Part shown: one piece after another, positions 50,891 to 62,430 of the stretch
Numbering within the stretch: the stretch's first letter is position 1
How the letters are laid out: every line of letters starts with the position of its first letter
Source of the DNA: Octopus sinensis
Taxonomy: Eukaryota
Direction: 5' to 3'
Length of the DNA stretch: 64,000 nt
Assembly: GCF_006345805.1 (NCBI RefSeq)
Contig: NC_043017.1
Span: forward strand, 6,014,001 to 6,078,000
Program-made: the position numbers and the translations under genes
Notes under the pieces: generated by a model
What the model was told of the DNA's origin: nothing
The model's database searches: none
What the model saw: only the letters and a program-made list of their open reading frames with translations

Positions 50891-51277
50891 TAGGCCGTTA
50901 TCTACAAGCGCACACACACACATGCGAGGCTAGGGTTACTAAAGTAGTGATGGTAATAGTATATAGTGGTGTATGAGTATAAAGGGTGTTGTGCTAGTTG
51001 TATGCAGTGGTGGTGGTGGTAGTGTGAGGAGATAGTACCAGAATGGTAGGAAGTGGTGGAAGTGATGAAGTATGTGTTGTAGTACTGATGCTGTTGATGG
51101 TAGGATAACCTGTTGGTATCGTGGAATGGAGGGGGAGGGGTGATGATGGTATACGAAATGGTGGTGGTGGTGGTGGTGGGGAGGATGGTGGGGGGGACAT
51201 TGGAGGAAGCATCGTTTCGCGAGTAATGGTAATAACTCGGCGATATAAATCGGTAGTCTTAAATAGGTAAAAGACTG

Positions 51278-51291
51278 GTTGCCATGGTTAC
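51278..51291. promoter_or_regulatory. RFX X-box
   Basis: GTTGCCATGGTTAC (reverse GTAACCATGGCAAC) fits GTNRCC-AT-RGYAAC. Confidence 0.55.
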
Positions 51292-51548
51292 TGGACTAGA
51301 GTGAGACAATGCGAGCTTAGAGACTAGTTAATGGGAGATACTGTGTGTGTGTGTGTGTGTGTGTGAGAAGGAGAGATACGGGGGGAGAGAGGAGAGAGAG
51401 ACAGATGGAGACAGACAGACAGACAGACAAGGAAAACGATTGGTTAAATGGGAGGAAGAATACGAAGTCGGATCAGAGTCAATGAAAGAAAGTCTGAGAG
51501 AGAAGGAAGGAGGGAATGATATATATATGTGTGTGTGTGTGTGTGTGT

Positions 51549-51706
51549 AGGTGTGGCTGTGTGGTTCGTAGCTTGCTTACGAACCACATGGTTCCGGGTT
51601 CAGTCCCACTGCGTGCCACCTTGGGCAAGTGTCCTCTATTATAGCCTCGGGCCGACCAAAGCCTTGTGACTGGATTTGGTTGACGCAAACTGAAAGAAGC
51701 CCGTCG

Positions 51707-51739
<33 letters not shown>

Positions 51740-51908
51740 TTCTCCCCGCAACATCGCTTGACAACAGATGCTGGTGTGTTTACGTCCCCGTAACTTAGCG
51801 GTTCGGCAAAAGAGACCGATAGAATAAGTAGTAGGCTTACAAAGAATAAGTCCTGGGGTCGATTTGCTCGATCGACTGAAGGCGGTGCTCCAAATAAACA
51901 AGTAAAAG
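51549..51908 (+). mobile_element. SINE family A
   Basis: Near-consensus copy. Confidence 0.92.
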
Positions 51909-51911
51909 AGC

Positions 51912-51965
<54 letters not shown>

Positions 51966-51975
51966 GGGGGAGAGA

Positions 51976-52345
51976 GAGACGTAATGGCTCAGTAGTTAGG
52001 GCAGCGGACTCGAGGTTTCGATTCCCAGACCGGGCGTTGAGAGTGTTCATTGAGCGGAAACACCTAAAGCTCCACGAGGCCCCGGCAGGCGGAGGGGAGG
52101 GGGCGAACCCTGCTGTACTCTTCACCACAACTTTCTCTCACTCTTTCTTCCTGTTTCTGTTGTACCTGTATTTCAAAGGGGCCAGTCTTGTCACACTCTG
52201 TGTCTCGATGAATCTCCTCGAGAACTACATTAAGGGTACACGTGTCTGTGGAGTGCTCAGCCACTTGCACGTTAATTTCACGAGCAGCTTGTTCTGTTGA
52301 TCGGATCAAGTGGAACCCTCGTCGTCGTAACCGACGGAGTATCAC
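51976..52345 (+). mobile_element. SINE family D with tail Z
   Basis: First ~200 bp homologous to 21858-22162; different tail (AAGGGTACACGTGTCTGTGGAGTGCTCAGCCAC...CCGACGGAGT). Confidence 0.85.
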
Positions 52346-52369
52346 GTAGATATGTATATATTATTACCT

Positions 52370-52660
52370 TCGACAGCGGCCATGCTGGGGAACCGCCTCG
52401 AAGAATTTTTCTCCCGGTCTCCTTGGGGAACTGCTAAGTTAGTGGACGTAAGCACACCAACACCGATTGTCAAGCAGTAGTGGGGCAAACACACAACACA
52501 AAGATATACACACACACATATGCATATACGACAGGCTTTTTCAGTTTCCGTCTACGAAATTCACTCACAAGGCTTTGATAGGCCCAAGGTGCCTTTCAGT
52601 GGGACTGAACCTGGAACCATGTGGTTGGGAATCAAACCTCTTACAACATAGCCTGTGCCT
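52370..52660 (-). mobile_element. SINE family A, internally deleted
   Basis: GCGGCCATGCTGGGG tail; TTCAGTTTCCGTCTAC; GGGACTGAACC. Confidence 0.75.
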
Positions 52661-52671
52661 ATATATATATA

Positions 52672-52998
52672 TGAAACTCGACTCCGTCGGTGCACCTAAG
52701 AGGTTCCCCTCAGGAGTACAAGTCTGGGCAGAAAGTTGCCCTCACCGGCGAACACACAATCTGTAGAAGACCAGCAGTCGCCCATGCATACCAGCCTCCC
52801 CTCTCCACGCCACTGATGTTATCCAAGGGAAAGGCAAAGGGGCCGATACAGCTTGGCACCTGTGACGTCGCAACTCATTTCTACAGCTCAGTGAACTGGA
52901 GCAACGTGAAATAAAGTGTCTTGCTCAAGAACTCAATACGCAGTGGTTAGAGCATCGAGCTTACGATCGTAAGCTCGATGCTCTAACCACTGAGTCAT
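52672..52998 (-). mobile_element. SINE family C whose B-box region is replaced by an inverted copy of its 5' end
   Basis: Perfect 52-bp palindrome at 52941-52992. Confidence 0.88.
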
Positions 52999-53313
52999 GC
53001 TCTTTCATAACATAACACAACACACAACAAACACACACACACACACACAGATATATAATATATATATATATGTAATAAAATAGAACATATGCATATATAT
53101 AAACATATATGTACGTAACTACCTCTACATGTACATATACACGCATATATGGTGTACAGGACACCAAAAAGACATCGAACACATAGAGAGACGAAACACA
53201 CATAGACACAAACAAGGAACAAGACAAGCCAAAAAAAAGAGAGAGATACAGGACAATAGACACAACGAAAAAACCCTTCTTCAGTCGCTAAGATTTCATC
53301 TATATATATATAT

Positions 53314-53358
<45 letters not shown>

Positions 53359-54037
53359 GCACAGACAGTAAAAGTACAAAAAGTAATTAAAGAGATATAA
53401 ACGAAAATTTGCCCTGCATCAGCCTTTTTACAAAAGATTTGTAGTTTCAACATCTTGAAATAGAACTGCTACTTTAGTAGAGTCAACGACCTACAGAATA
53501 CTGTTTTTCAGACAACTGATACAGTGAAGACAAGACAAGATAAAAAAAAAATGACGAAACATATTGGTGGACTTTTAGTGACTGAGAGAGAAAAGAAAAG
53601 CAAGGACAAAGAAAAGGGACGGTTAAGGAAGAAATAAAAAGAACAAAGGTCTATAAACGATGAAATTAAAGAATATGTCTCTTCGATTTTGGGTTTTTTT
53701 GTGTTTTTTTTGTATGGCTAAAAGGATATAACACCAAACAACATGATACAATAGCGCAACAAGTACGATGCGGAAATGCAAAATGAAATAAAATTTAAAA
53801 AATCGCGGCTGGATGTTAGAACGATGTCCTCAAGTAAATAATGGCGAGTAAAAAAAAAAAGATAGAAGCGTTCGCTTGATGAGTTGAGAAGTAAAGAGAG
53901 AGACTCGTAGCTGCAGCGGAAACAGGAAGTAGCAAGCTGGAATCGAAAGGAAGCAGAATGGTTAGACAGATAGAAAACAACAAAGCGGAGATGAAGAAGG
54001 AAGGTGGGGGGAAAAGAGTGAGCAGGGCAGCATCGCT

Positions 54038-54051
54038 GTTACCATGGCAAT
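54038..54051. promoter_or_regulatory. RFX X-box in a promoter-like island (ETS CAGGAAGT 53923; YY1-like AATATGGCGG 54067)
   Basis: GTTACCATGGCAAT, one mismatch to the consensus. Confidence 0.5.
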
Positions 54052-54178
54052 GACTGCGTAGTAACAAATATGGCGGAAAAACCCTTCAACTCTGCATTCT
54101 TAGAAAAATACTATTTACATTATTATTTCCAGTTTCAGCAAAGACAACTCTCTCTCCTTCTCTTTCCCTCTCTCTCTC

Positions 54179-54264
<86 letters not shown>

Positions 54265-54559
54265 CTTTTCATACATATATGTGCGTATGAGTATATAAAA
54301 ATATGTATATATATGTGTATGTATATATATGTGTGTATGTGTATTTATATATATATATGTGTGTATGTATATATATATATATATATATATGTGTATGTAT
54401 ATTTTTGTATATATATATGTGTGTGTATATATATATATGTGTGTGTGTGTGTGTTGTGTGTATGAATACATATATGTATGCACATATATACATGTATGTC
54501 TGTCTGTATGTATGTGTGTGGTGTATATATCTATATACACACACACACACACACGCACG

Positions 54560-54600
<41 letters not shown>

Positions 54601-54605
54601 CACAC

Positions 54606-54659
<54 letters not shown>

Positions 54660-54724
54660 ATAAAAAACAAGTCAAAAATAGAAAATGCTAAATATATATA
54701 TATATATCGATTGATTTATGATTA

Positions 54725-54890
54725 TTGCTGTCCGATGATTAAAACTGACTCGTTCAACCCCAAAACACTCCAATCGTGACATCTCCTTATTATATACATA
54801 ATATCTAGGAATTCATCATCTAATATATAACTGGTTTATTAGAAACAGCAGAGCGTGATTCAAAAGATCTTTGACTGCTATTTCTAACAC
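54725..54890 (-). mobile_element. SINE family F, decayed
   Basis: CTCCAATCGTGACATC...TTTGACTGCTATTTCTAAC. Confidence 0.45.
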
Positions 54891-55922
54891 ACCGGCTTTT
54901 TCGTTCCTAGATGTGTTGTCATTTATGATAAAGTCTGTTTGTCTGTATTAGGAGCAATGTGTGTATGTGTCTTAGTGTTCTGAGAGTGTGTTTGCGTTCT
55001 TTTAGTGTGTGTGTGTGTGTGTGTGTGTGTATTGTTGTGTGTGGGTGCTTGTATGCGTGTTTGTGTTTTATTATGTGTATGTGTTTGTGACTTTTGTGTG
55101 TGTGTTGTGTTGTTGTTGTTATGTATATGCGTGTGTGTTTGTGTGTGTATGTATGTATTTGGTTATATGTATGTGTGTGTGTTTGTGTGTACGTGATGTG
55201 TGTGAGTGCGTGTGTATATTTTTGAGTATATACGTATGTGTGTATGTGTGTTGTTTTTGTGTCTCTGCGTTTAGGTATCTAAGTGTATGTGTGTATATAT
55301 GTGTGTGTATACGTAGGTTTGTTTCAGTGTGTGTGTGTGTGTGTGTATGTTTGTCTATGTCTCCGTGTATGTGTGTGAGTGTGTATATATATATATATAT
55401 ATATAACGGTATGTGTTTGTGTGTGAGCGTTTTCTTAAGTGTTTATATGTACATATGCTATGTGTGTTTTGTGTGTATGTGTGTATAAGCACTTGTATGA
55501 ATAAGTCTATATGATGTAATGTGTGAATGAGAGTGTGTGTATGTGTGTGTGTGATGTTTGGGTGAATGTGTGATGATATTTACTAGTGTATATGTGTATG
55601 TTTGTGTGTGTGTGTGCGTGTGTGCGTGCGTGTACAAATGTACGTATGTATGTAAGTATTTATGTGTGTGTCTGTGCGATGGTATGTGTGTGTGTGTGTG
55701 TGTGTGTGTGTTGTGTGTGTGTGTGTGTGTAGTTGAGTATAGTTATTTACGTATGTGTGTATGTGATGGCATCTATATGTGTATATATGCTCGTGTGTCT
55801 ACGTGCAAACGTATATATGTGTGTGTATTAATATGTGTGTAAATGTGACTGTGATGTCATGTATGTGTGTATATGTGTGGTGTGTCTGTGTAGTGATTTG
55901 TACATATGTTTGTGTGTAGTTA

Positions 55923-55956
<34 letters not shown>

Positions 55957-56023
55957 ATAATCCCATAATGCATGCAGGTAGTATGAAACCATGGTCATAG
56001 GAACCTAATTAAATAAACTGCAC

Positions 56024-56037
56024 ATCACCATGGCAAC
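56024..56037. promoter_or_regulatory. RFX X-box
   Basis: ATCACCATGGCAAC, one mismatch. Confidence 0.4.
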
Positions 56038-56154
56038 CACTCCTAACTTCCACCGTTTTTCCATATCCACCACAACCTTCACACCCCTGCAGCGAAATAA
56101 ACTCCGCTTCATTTGACATTACAGAGATTGAGGAAAATATTGTTACATTCCTTT

Positions 56155-57000
56155 AAATGATGATGATGATGATGATGGCGGTAGTGGTTGTGGTGGTGGC
56201 GGCGATGGTTGTGAAGGTGGTATTGGTGGTGGTGGTGGTTATGTTAGTGGTAGTGATGATGGGGGTAATGATGATGGTGGTGGCGGCGATGGTCGTGAAG
56301 GGGTATTGGTAGTGGTGGTATTGGTAGTGGTGGTGGTGGTTGTGATGGTAACGTTACTGTTGATGGCGATGGTGGTGTTGGCTGTGATTGAAGTTGGTGT
56401 TGGTGTTATGTTGATGATGGTGATGGTGGTGGTGGTGGCGGTGTTGTTATCATTGACCATCATCATCTACCATCATCGGCGCCACCGTTACCATGGTCAT
56501 CGGCAGCACCATCACCATTACTATCATCATAGCCACCAGAACCACCAGCACCCCCGTCACCGCCGCCACCATGACCATCACCATCGTCACACCTGCAACC
56601 AGCACTACTACTACCACTACCATCACCACAATCGCCACCTTGATCACCATCACCACCATCACTACTGCCACACTGCTTCACCACTTTCGCCACCACCACC
56701 ATCACCACCACCACTTTCACCATCACCATTATCATCACCACCACTATCTACGAGACCACCACCATCACGACCACCGCTTTCACATAATCATCATCATCGC
56801 CACCACCACCACTTTCACCGACAATCACTACCATCTACACCACTATCACCGCCACCACCATCACCATCACCACCATCACCACCACCACCACCATCATCGC
56901 CACCACCATCACCACCACTACCACCATTACCACTTCTACCGCCACCGCCATTACTACCGCCACCATCACCTTCCCCTCCACCACCACCACCACCATCCCT
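56155..57000. repeat. Trinucleotide block that switches strand at ~56455 ((GGT/GAT)n then (CAC/CAT)n)
   Basis: Direct reading. Confidence 0.85.
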
Positions 57001-57074
57001 AACATCACTGTTAGGGGCATGTACAAACCCCCAATCTATCACTTAACCCTCGACTTTCTACAGTGAATTTACTT

Positions 57075-57088
57075 GTTGTCATAGCAAC
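57075..57088. promoter_or_regulatory. RFX X-box
   Basis: GTTGTCATAGCAAC, a near-palindromic X-box. Confidence 0.55.
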
Positions 57089-57249
57089 GCTGGATCCGTG
57101 GAAAGTCTGTTAAACCAGATGATGGATGGATGGGGTGGCAACAGGGTGGGATGCGGGTGGGAAGTGGTTTGAAAGGGTTTCTTGCTATTGTTGTTGGTGT
57201 TATTGTATTGAGAGCTGATTACCGTTATTGTTTGCTTATATTTTAGTTG

Positions 57250-57625
57250 CTGTCATTGTGGTGGTGGTGGTGGTGGTGGTGGTGGTAGTAGTAGTAGTAG
57301 TAGTGGCAGTAGTAGTAGTAGTAGTAGTAGTAGTGGCGGTAGTAGTAGTAGCGGTGGTGGTGGTGGTGGTGATAGTTGTGGTAATAATAATAGTGGCGGT
57401 GGTGGTGGTGATGGTAGTAGTAGTGGCGGTGGTAGAATAAGGGATGGTGGTGGTACTGGCAGTAGTGGTGGTGATGATAGTAGTAGTAGTGATAGTAGTG
57501 GTTGTTGTAGTAGCGGTAATAGTGCCAGCAGTTGTAGTAGTAGTAGTAGTCGTAGTAATAGTAGAGGTGGTGGTAATTATATTAGTGGTAGTAGTGGTAG
57601 TAGTAGTGGTAGTAGTGGTGGTGGA
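57250..57625. repeat. (GTA/GGT)n block
   Basis: Direct reading. Confidence 0.9.
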
Positions 57626-58490
57626 TAGAAAATAAATTTCTTCAGATTCACTTTGGATTAAGAATTAAGGATTAAAGCCTTACTTGGCTGCTGCTCCTGC
57701 TGCCACTGTTACTGTTCTTCATATTATTGTTGTTGTTGATGTTGTTTTTGTAGCTGCTGCAACTTCTGCTATTGTTGCTGTTGTTGTATTTATTGTATTT
57801 GCTGAGATTCAAGTTTACAAAAGAATATTAGATTTTTTTCCCTTCATTTTGTGGTTAGTGATGTCATTAAATCCAATTTGTTAACGATAATGGTGTTGGA
57901 GATGATGATGATGGTGATGGTGATTATGATGGTGACTGTAGTAGTAATGATGATGATGATCTATAAGCCATTCATATGCGGTGAGAAAAGAACATTAACG
58001 CAATAACTAATATTTCATTATTTCGGCAAATACGGGAGATAAATCTAGGCTTGTTTTGGTCTTATTAAACCTCTTCCTCAAACCCTGCACTTCAGCATAT
58101 TTATCAAAGTGGGGATTCTGTCATTACAGCTGCATATTCAAATAACAATACACACACACACACACGGACAGACGGACACGCGTTTCCCCTGTCATTCGCC
58201 AGACATAGCAGTACAGCTCCAACCTAAAATGGTCATTTAGCATTGTCTCGGGAACGGAGGATACCCAGGGTAGCGAGCGCACCCCTAAAATTTTGGCAGG
58301 GCAATAAAAACGTTTTGAACATCCTCTTGAAAAACTTTACGGCCAAAGCGAACGAGCGTAGAAACATTTTTGGACTGATTCGAAACATTACTTTCCCATT
58401 ATCGCATTTATATGATTTAGTTGATAAAAATATAAGAATTTTTATCATTAATGCTTCAGCATCTCTAATGTGGCCATGACTAGAACTTAC

Positions 58491-58738
58491 GTATATACAG
58501 AAACAGACTGAACTGTAGAGAGAATACGACGTGTCCACTTTATCACAATGTACCCCATACAACTCATTGCTAAATAATAGTCGCTGTACTGTGTTTTCCT
58601 CATTGCATAAAGTATACATGAAATTAAAGTCACTGTTCGTAGAAAACTGATTATGTATAACAAGCAGGACCCGTGAATATTACATGGAATCAATAGTAAA
58701 CCTATTGGGTTATTTCTGAAAACTTTATCCCCAAAAAC
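58491..58738 (-). CDS. Candidate internal exon (248 nt, phase 0 to 2) of a multi-pass membrane protein, weak TRP-channel S2-S4 resemblance
   Basis: Acceptor TTGCAG|G, donor AC|GTAAGT, open frame VFGDKVFRNNPIGLLLIPCNIHGSCLLYIISFLRTVTLISCILYAMRKTQYSDYYLAMSCMGYIVIKWTRRILSTVQSVSVY; no partner exon found. Confidence 0.35.
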
Positions 58739-59414
58739 CTGCAAGCATAGCTTGTGTTGTGTCTTAATGGAAAGACGGTCGTTCATCTGCTACTCATTGA
58801 AAAGTGAAAGAAATTGGAATACGATGATTAGTTAATGCAATTTATATACTTTATGCACAGTTTTATAGATTTAATACACAGCACTCATAAAATAAAGATT
58901 CACTCTTGTTTTTCCCATTTCACCCATCAACAAAAAATATATATCCTGTAGATATGATACAACCTTTAGTTAAATTGAATTTATCTGCCACGTAAATAAG
59001 CAGGAATATTTCACAAAATTGCACTTATGCGCATGCGTTAGGCGAAGGGTAATTTAAAAAACTTAATTCAATTTTAAAAAGTTCACTTTTCACTATTCAA
59101 TCACCACCGCCATCTCCAACTTCATCACCACCGCCACCACTACCATCATCATCTCTCTTTTCCCCTCTCCCTCTCTCTTCCTCCGCTCTCTACCTCTCTT
59201 TCTCTACCTTTCTTTAACCTCACCATCAGAACATCACACCACTGCTAAAATTATTACGTTTCCCCTACCTCACGTCATGGACGCTTCTCTCTCCCTCTTT
59301 TTTCTCTCTCTCTTTCCTTTCTACCTCTTTCTGTCTCATTCTTCGCCTTGTTTTCTTTTTCCCTCTCCTCTCTTTCCCCTCAGCTAATCACGTGAAAGCG
59401 TTACAATTTGTTTC

Positions 59415-59641
59415 CTTATTACCCACAAGGGGCTAAACATAGAGGGGACAAACAAGGACAGACAAACGAATTAAGTCGATTACATCGACCCCAGTACGTA
59501 ACTGGTACTTAATTTATCGACCCCGAAAGGATGAAAGGCAAAGTCGACCACGGCGGAATTTGAACTCAGAACGTAACGGCAGACGAAATACGGCTACGCA
59601 TTTCTCCCGGCGTGCTAACGGTTCTGCCAGCTCGCCGCCTT
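59415..59641 (-). mobile_element. SINE family B (tail 1)
   Basis: Near-consensus copy. Confidence 0.92.
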
Positions 59642-61829
59642 ACAATTACACGCCATGCACGCTTCTCTCTCCCTCTTTTTCTCCTTCCCTCCCTCCCTCT
59701 TTTTTCTCTCTCCCTCTTTTCCTTACTCCCTCCTTTTCTCTAATCATGTGAAAGCGTTACCGACGGGCTAAGTAAGGCAATGACAAGCAGAATTATCATA
59801 AGATTTTCTCCGTATTTTTTCTTGGCCAAATGGTTCAAGAGGTTTGGTTTGCACCCATGAAATCTTGGGTTCAGTCTCACTGCATGACATCTTGATCATA
59901 CGTTATTTGTTGTAGCCTAAAAAAACAAAAAAAAAAATAATAAAATTGAATTGACAAAAACCGCGTTGTGTCCTGCCGGGTGATTTGTAACTATATTCTG
60001 TTTTTCGAAAGGTACATGTCTGTTCACACACTGTGTGATGCTGATTGTGACTTGGGATTACGATAAGAACACATCTGCCTATGGAATGCTCAGCCATCTA
60101 GATGCTGATTCATTGAGCAGAAAATTCAGCCGATAGTACAAGTGAATCATTACCGTTGAAAGCGACGAAGAACCATACAGACATCCACCAACAAAATATA
60201 AGCCTCGGTGGAACTTGTTGGCCAAATTGCACAGTAGTAACAAGAGCCAATAAAAATAATTTGTGTTGTATAGTTAAATGCATGTAAGTAGATAAATGAC
60301 CATCGGTGTAAAAGAGAAAAACAAAAAACCCAGATGAACTCGTGTGCATTTAAACTCGTCGAAATTATTCCCTTGGGGCTGGGTCAAAGCAAACGTCGAA
60401 CTGACAGAGAGAATTAAATGAGATGGTAAAACATCTGCTTGCGTATGATGCTGTTGCCAGATAGAAAATCAAAGATAGAGAGACAGTATTATCTGGTGTC
60501 AAGTAAAATGCACCAACTGAACGAAAACTATTTTTACTTGTTAATATAATAAAAGGAAGAAAAAAAATGGCTCAACTGACTACTTGATTCTGATTGGTTA
60601 AAATTTCTGATTGGGTAATATGTCCGATGGGCTATAGTAAATACGTAACTATGCTGAATCGAAAATGACTGAACGAGATAAAAATAGCTAATAGAATAGT
60701 TACTGTGTGAGATGAAATTTCTGGTTAAAATAACACTTGACAACGGTGAAACTAAGCGTGAGAATCGCTACATTGCTCCCTTCTAAATTGCTGGGTTCTA
60801 GATTGTTGTGACGCCATTGATTTGTTCAGCGTTCCACATGACTTGTGATTGTTGCTCCGTAGTTGGCCGCTACAATTTCTGACTGAAACGAAACGGTAAC
60901 AGAGGAGAAAATTGGTTTCAAACAGTGAAAAATCAGCTAGCAGCTGAAAGAAAAAAAACAGAAGAAAAAACAAAAATTTACTGACTTAGAATAATGTAAG
61001 GAATTGTTAAAGAATTTGGAAATAAATGCGTCGGTCAAACGTGTTGAAAAAAAGAAACAACAAAAAACCTATCCAAATGTTGTACTGTTACTATCGTTAA
61101 AACGTCTGCTTAATTTCAAAATTAAAGTTTCCGAATCAGTAACTGTGTGCTGATCCATAGCTATCTCGTTTACTCCAAATTCGATCGTCTCAGTATAAGA
61201 AATTAAAAGATTGCACCTATATATTATATATTAAAAAAATGGTTGTGTATAAATTTTCCTTATATTTTCTATATACCAACAAAAATACGAATCTCGAGGG
61301 ATCTTATTGGAAAAAAAAAATAATGCAAAAGCTCGTAGTATGCGAATACGAAATGAAACGGGAACATAATTTAGATGCAGAAATAAATGAAAGTCATAGT
61401 AAGCAAGGAAAAGATTAAATGAGTTCGTAAAAAATATACACGGATATTTCAATTCGATTATTTATATCCTTGACATGTTATAGAAAATATGTTTAGATAT
61501 TTTCGTGCTTTTGTGTCTCTTAAATGATTTGTGTTGTGGAGGTAAATGTGTGAAAACGGATAAATGACCGTCAGTAAAATAAAAAGTCCGATAAACGATT
61601 ATGCACTGGTAAAAGCCATTTTGTTAAGGCTAGACCAAAGCTAACAATCATATGAGAGAGGGGGAGAGCGGGTGGGGTGGGGGTGAATTGAGATTGGAAA
61701 ATTGCAGCAAAATTTTGTCAGTATAAATATCAGAAATGATGGGGTCTGGTGTCGGGGGAAATGCATTAAGTGAACAAAAATGGTTTGTATTTGTTAATAT
61801 AGTTTAAAATCTCTCAAATGGCTATTAGT

Positions 61830-61983
61830 TTCTGATTGGCTACGATTCTGATTGGCAATATGGCGATGGTAAGGGAGAATGAGAGATGTCAACAATAAAT
61901 GATCTGGTAAGAGAGAGAGAGAGGAAGAGGGTGACGAAGAGGGTGTATCGAAGGCAAACGGAAGTGACGTAAATCTCGTGAGA
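61830..61983. promoter_or_regulatory. Promoter-like motif cluster: 2x CCAAT, ETS-CRE composite, TCTCGCGAGA-like palindrome
   Basis: TTCTGATTGG at 61830 and 61846; CGGAAGTGACGT 61959-61970; TCTCGTGAGA 61974-61983. Confidence 0.45.
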
Positions 61984-62261
61984 AAGGCAATGGGATGTGT
62001 GTGTGTGTGTGTGGAGAGAGAGAGAGAGAGAGAAGTAGAGTGATAAAGATGATCAGTTGAGAAATATGTAGGGGCTACTGAAAAGGCTGGGGTAACATCA
62101 GATGGGGTCTTACCTACACATGCATATATGCATACATACATAAGTGTATATATATATATATATGTGTATGCATGTAAGTATGTATACGTATATGTGTGTG
62201 TATATGTATATGCATGTATGTATATACGTATGCATATATATATGTATATATGTATGCATAC

Positions 62262-62430
62262 CCACTACACTCTCGAAGTGGTTGGCGTTAGGAAGGGCAG
62301 CCAGCTGTAGAAACTCTGCCAGAACAAGATTGGGGCCTGGTGCAGCCATCTGGTTCGCCAGCCCGCAGTCAAAATCGTCCAACCATGCTAGCATGGAAAG
62401 TGGACGTTAAACGATGATGATGATGATGAT
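62262..62430 (+). mobile_element. SINE family E / RTE-type 3' tail ending in (GAT)n
   Basis: GTTGGCGTTAGGAAGGGCAGCCAGCTGTAGAAAC...GGACGTTAAACGATGATGAT. Confidence 0.75.

Noticed and set aside
49215-50923. 556-aa and 454-aa ORFs (CVYI-rich)
   Set aside because: Stop-free frames of a (TA)/(TG) minisatellite.
54070-54465. ORF MAEKPFNSAFLEK with a good Kozak context
   Set aside because: Runs into (CT)n/(TA)n without a donor site; ATGGCG is equally explained as a YY1-like motif.
56306-57046. His/Pro/Thr-rich ORFs (and similar at 37017-37591, 13122-13439)
   Set aside because: Open in several frames on both strands because of CAC/CAT repeats; no domain.
60011-60283. Plus-strand exon candidate (AG at ~60011, GTAAGT at 60284)
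   Set aside because: All three frames contain stops between the sites; no recognisable peptide.
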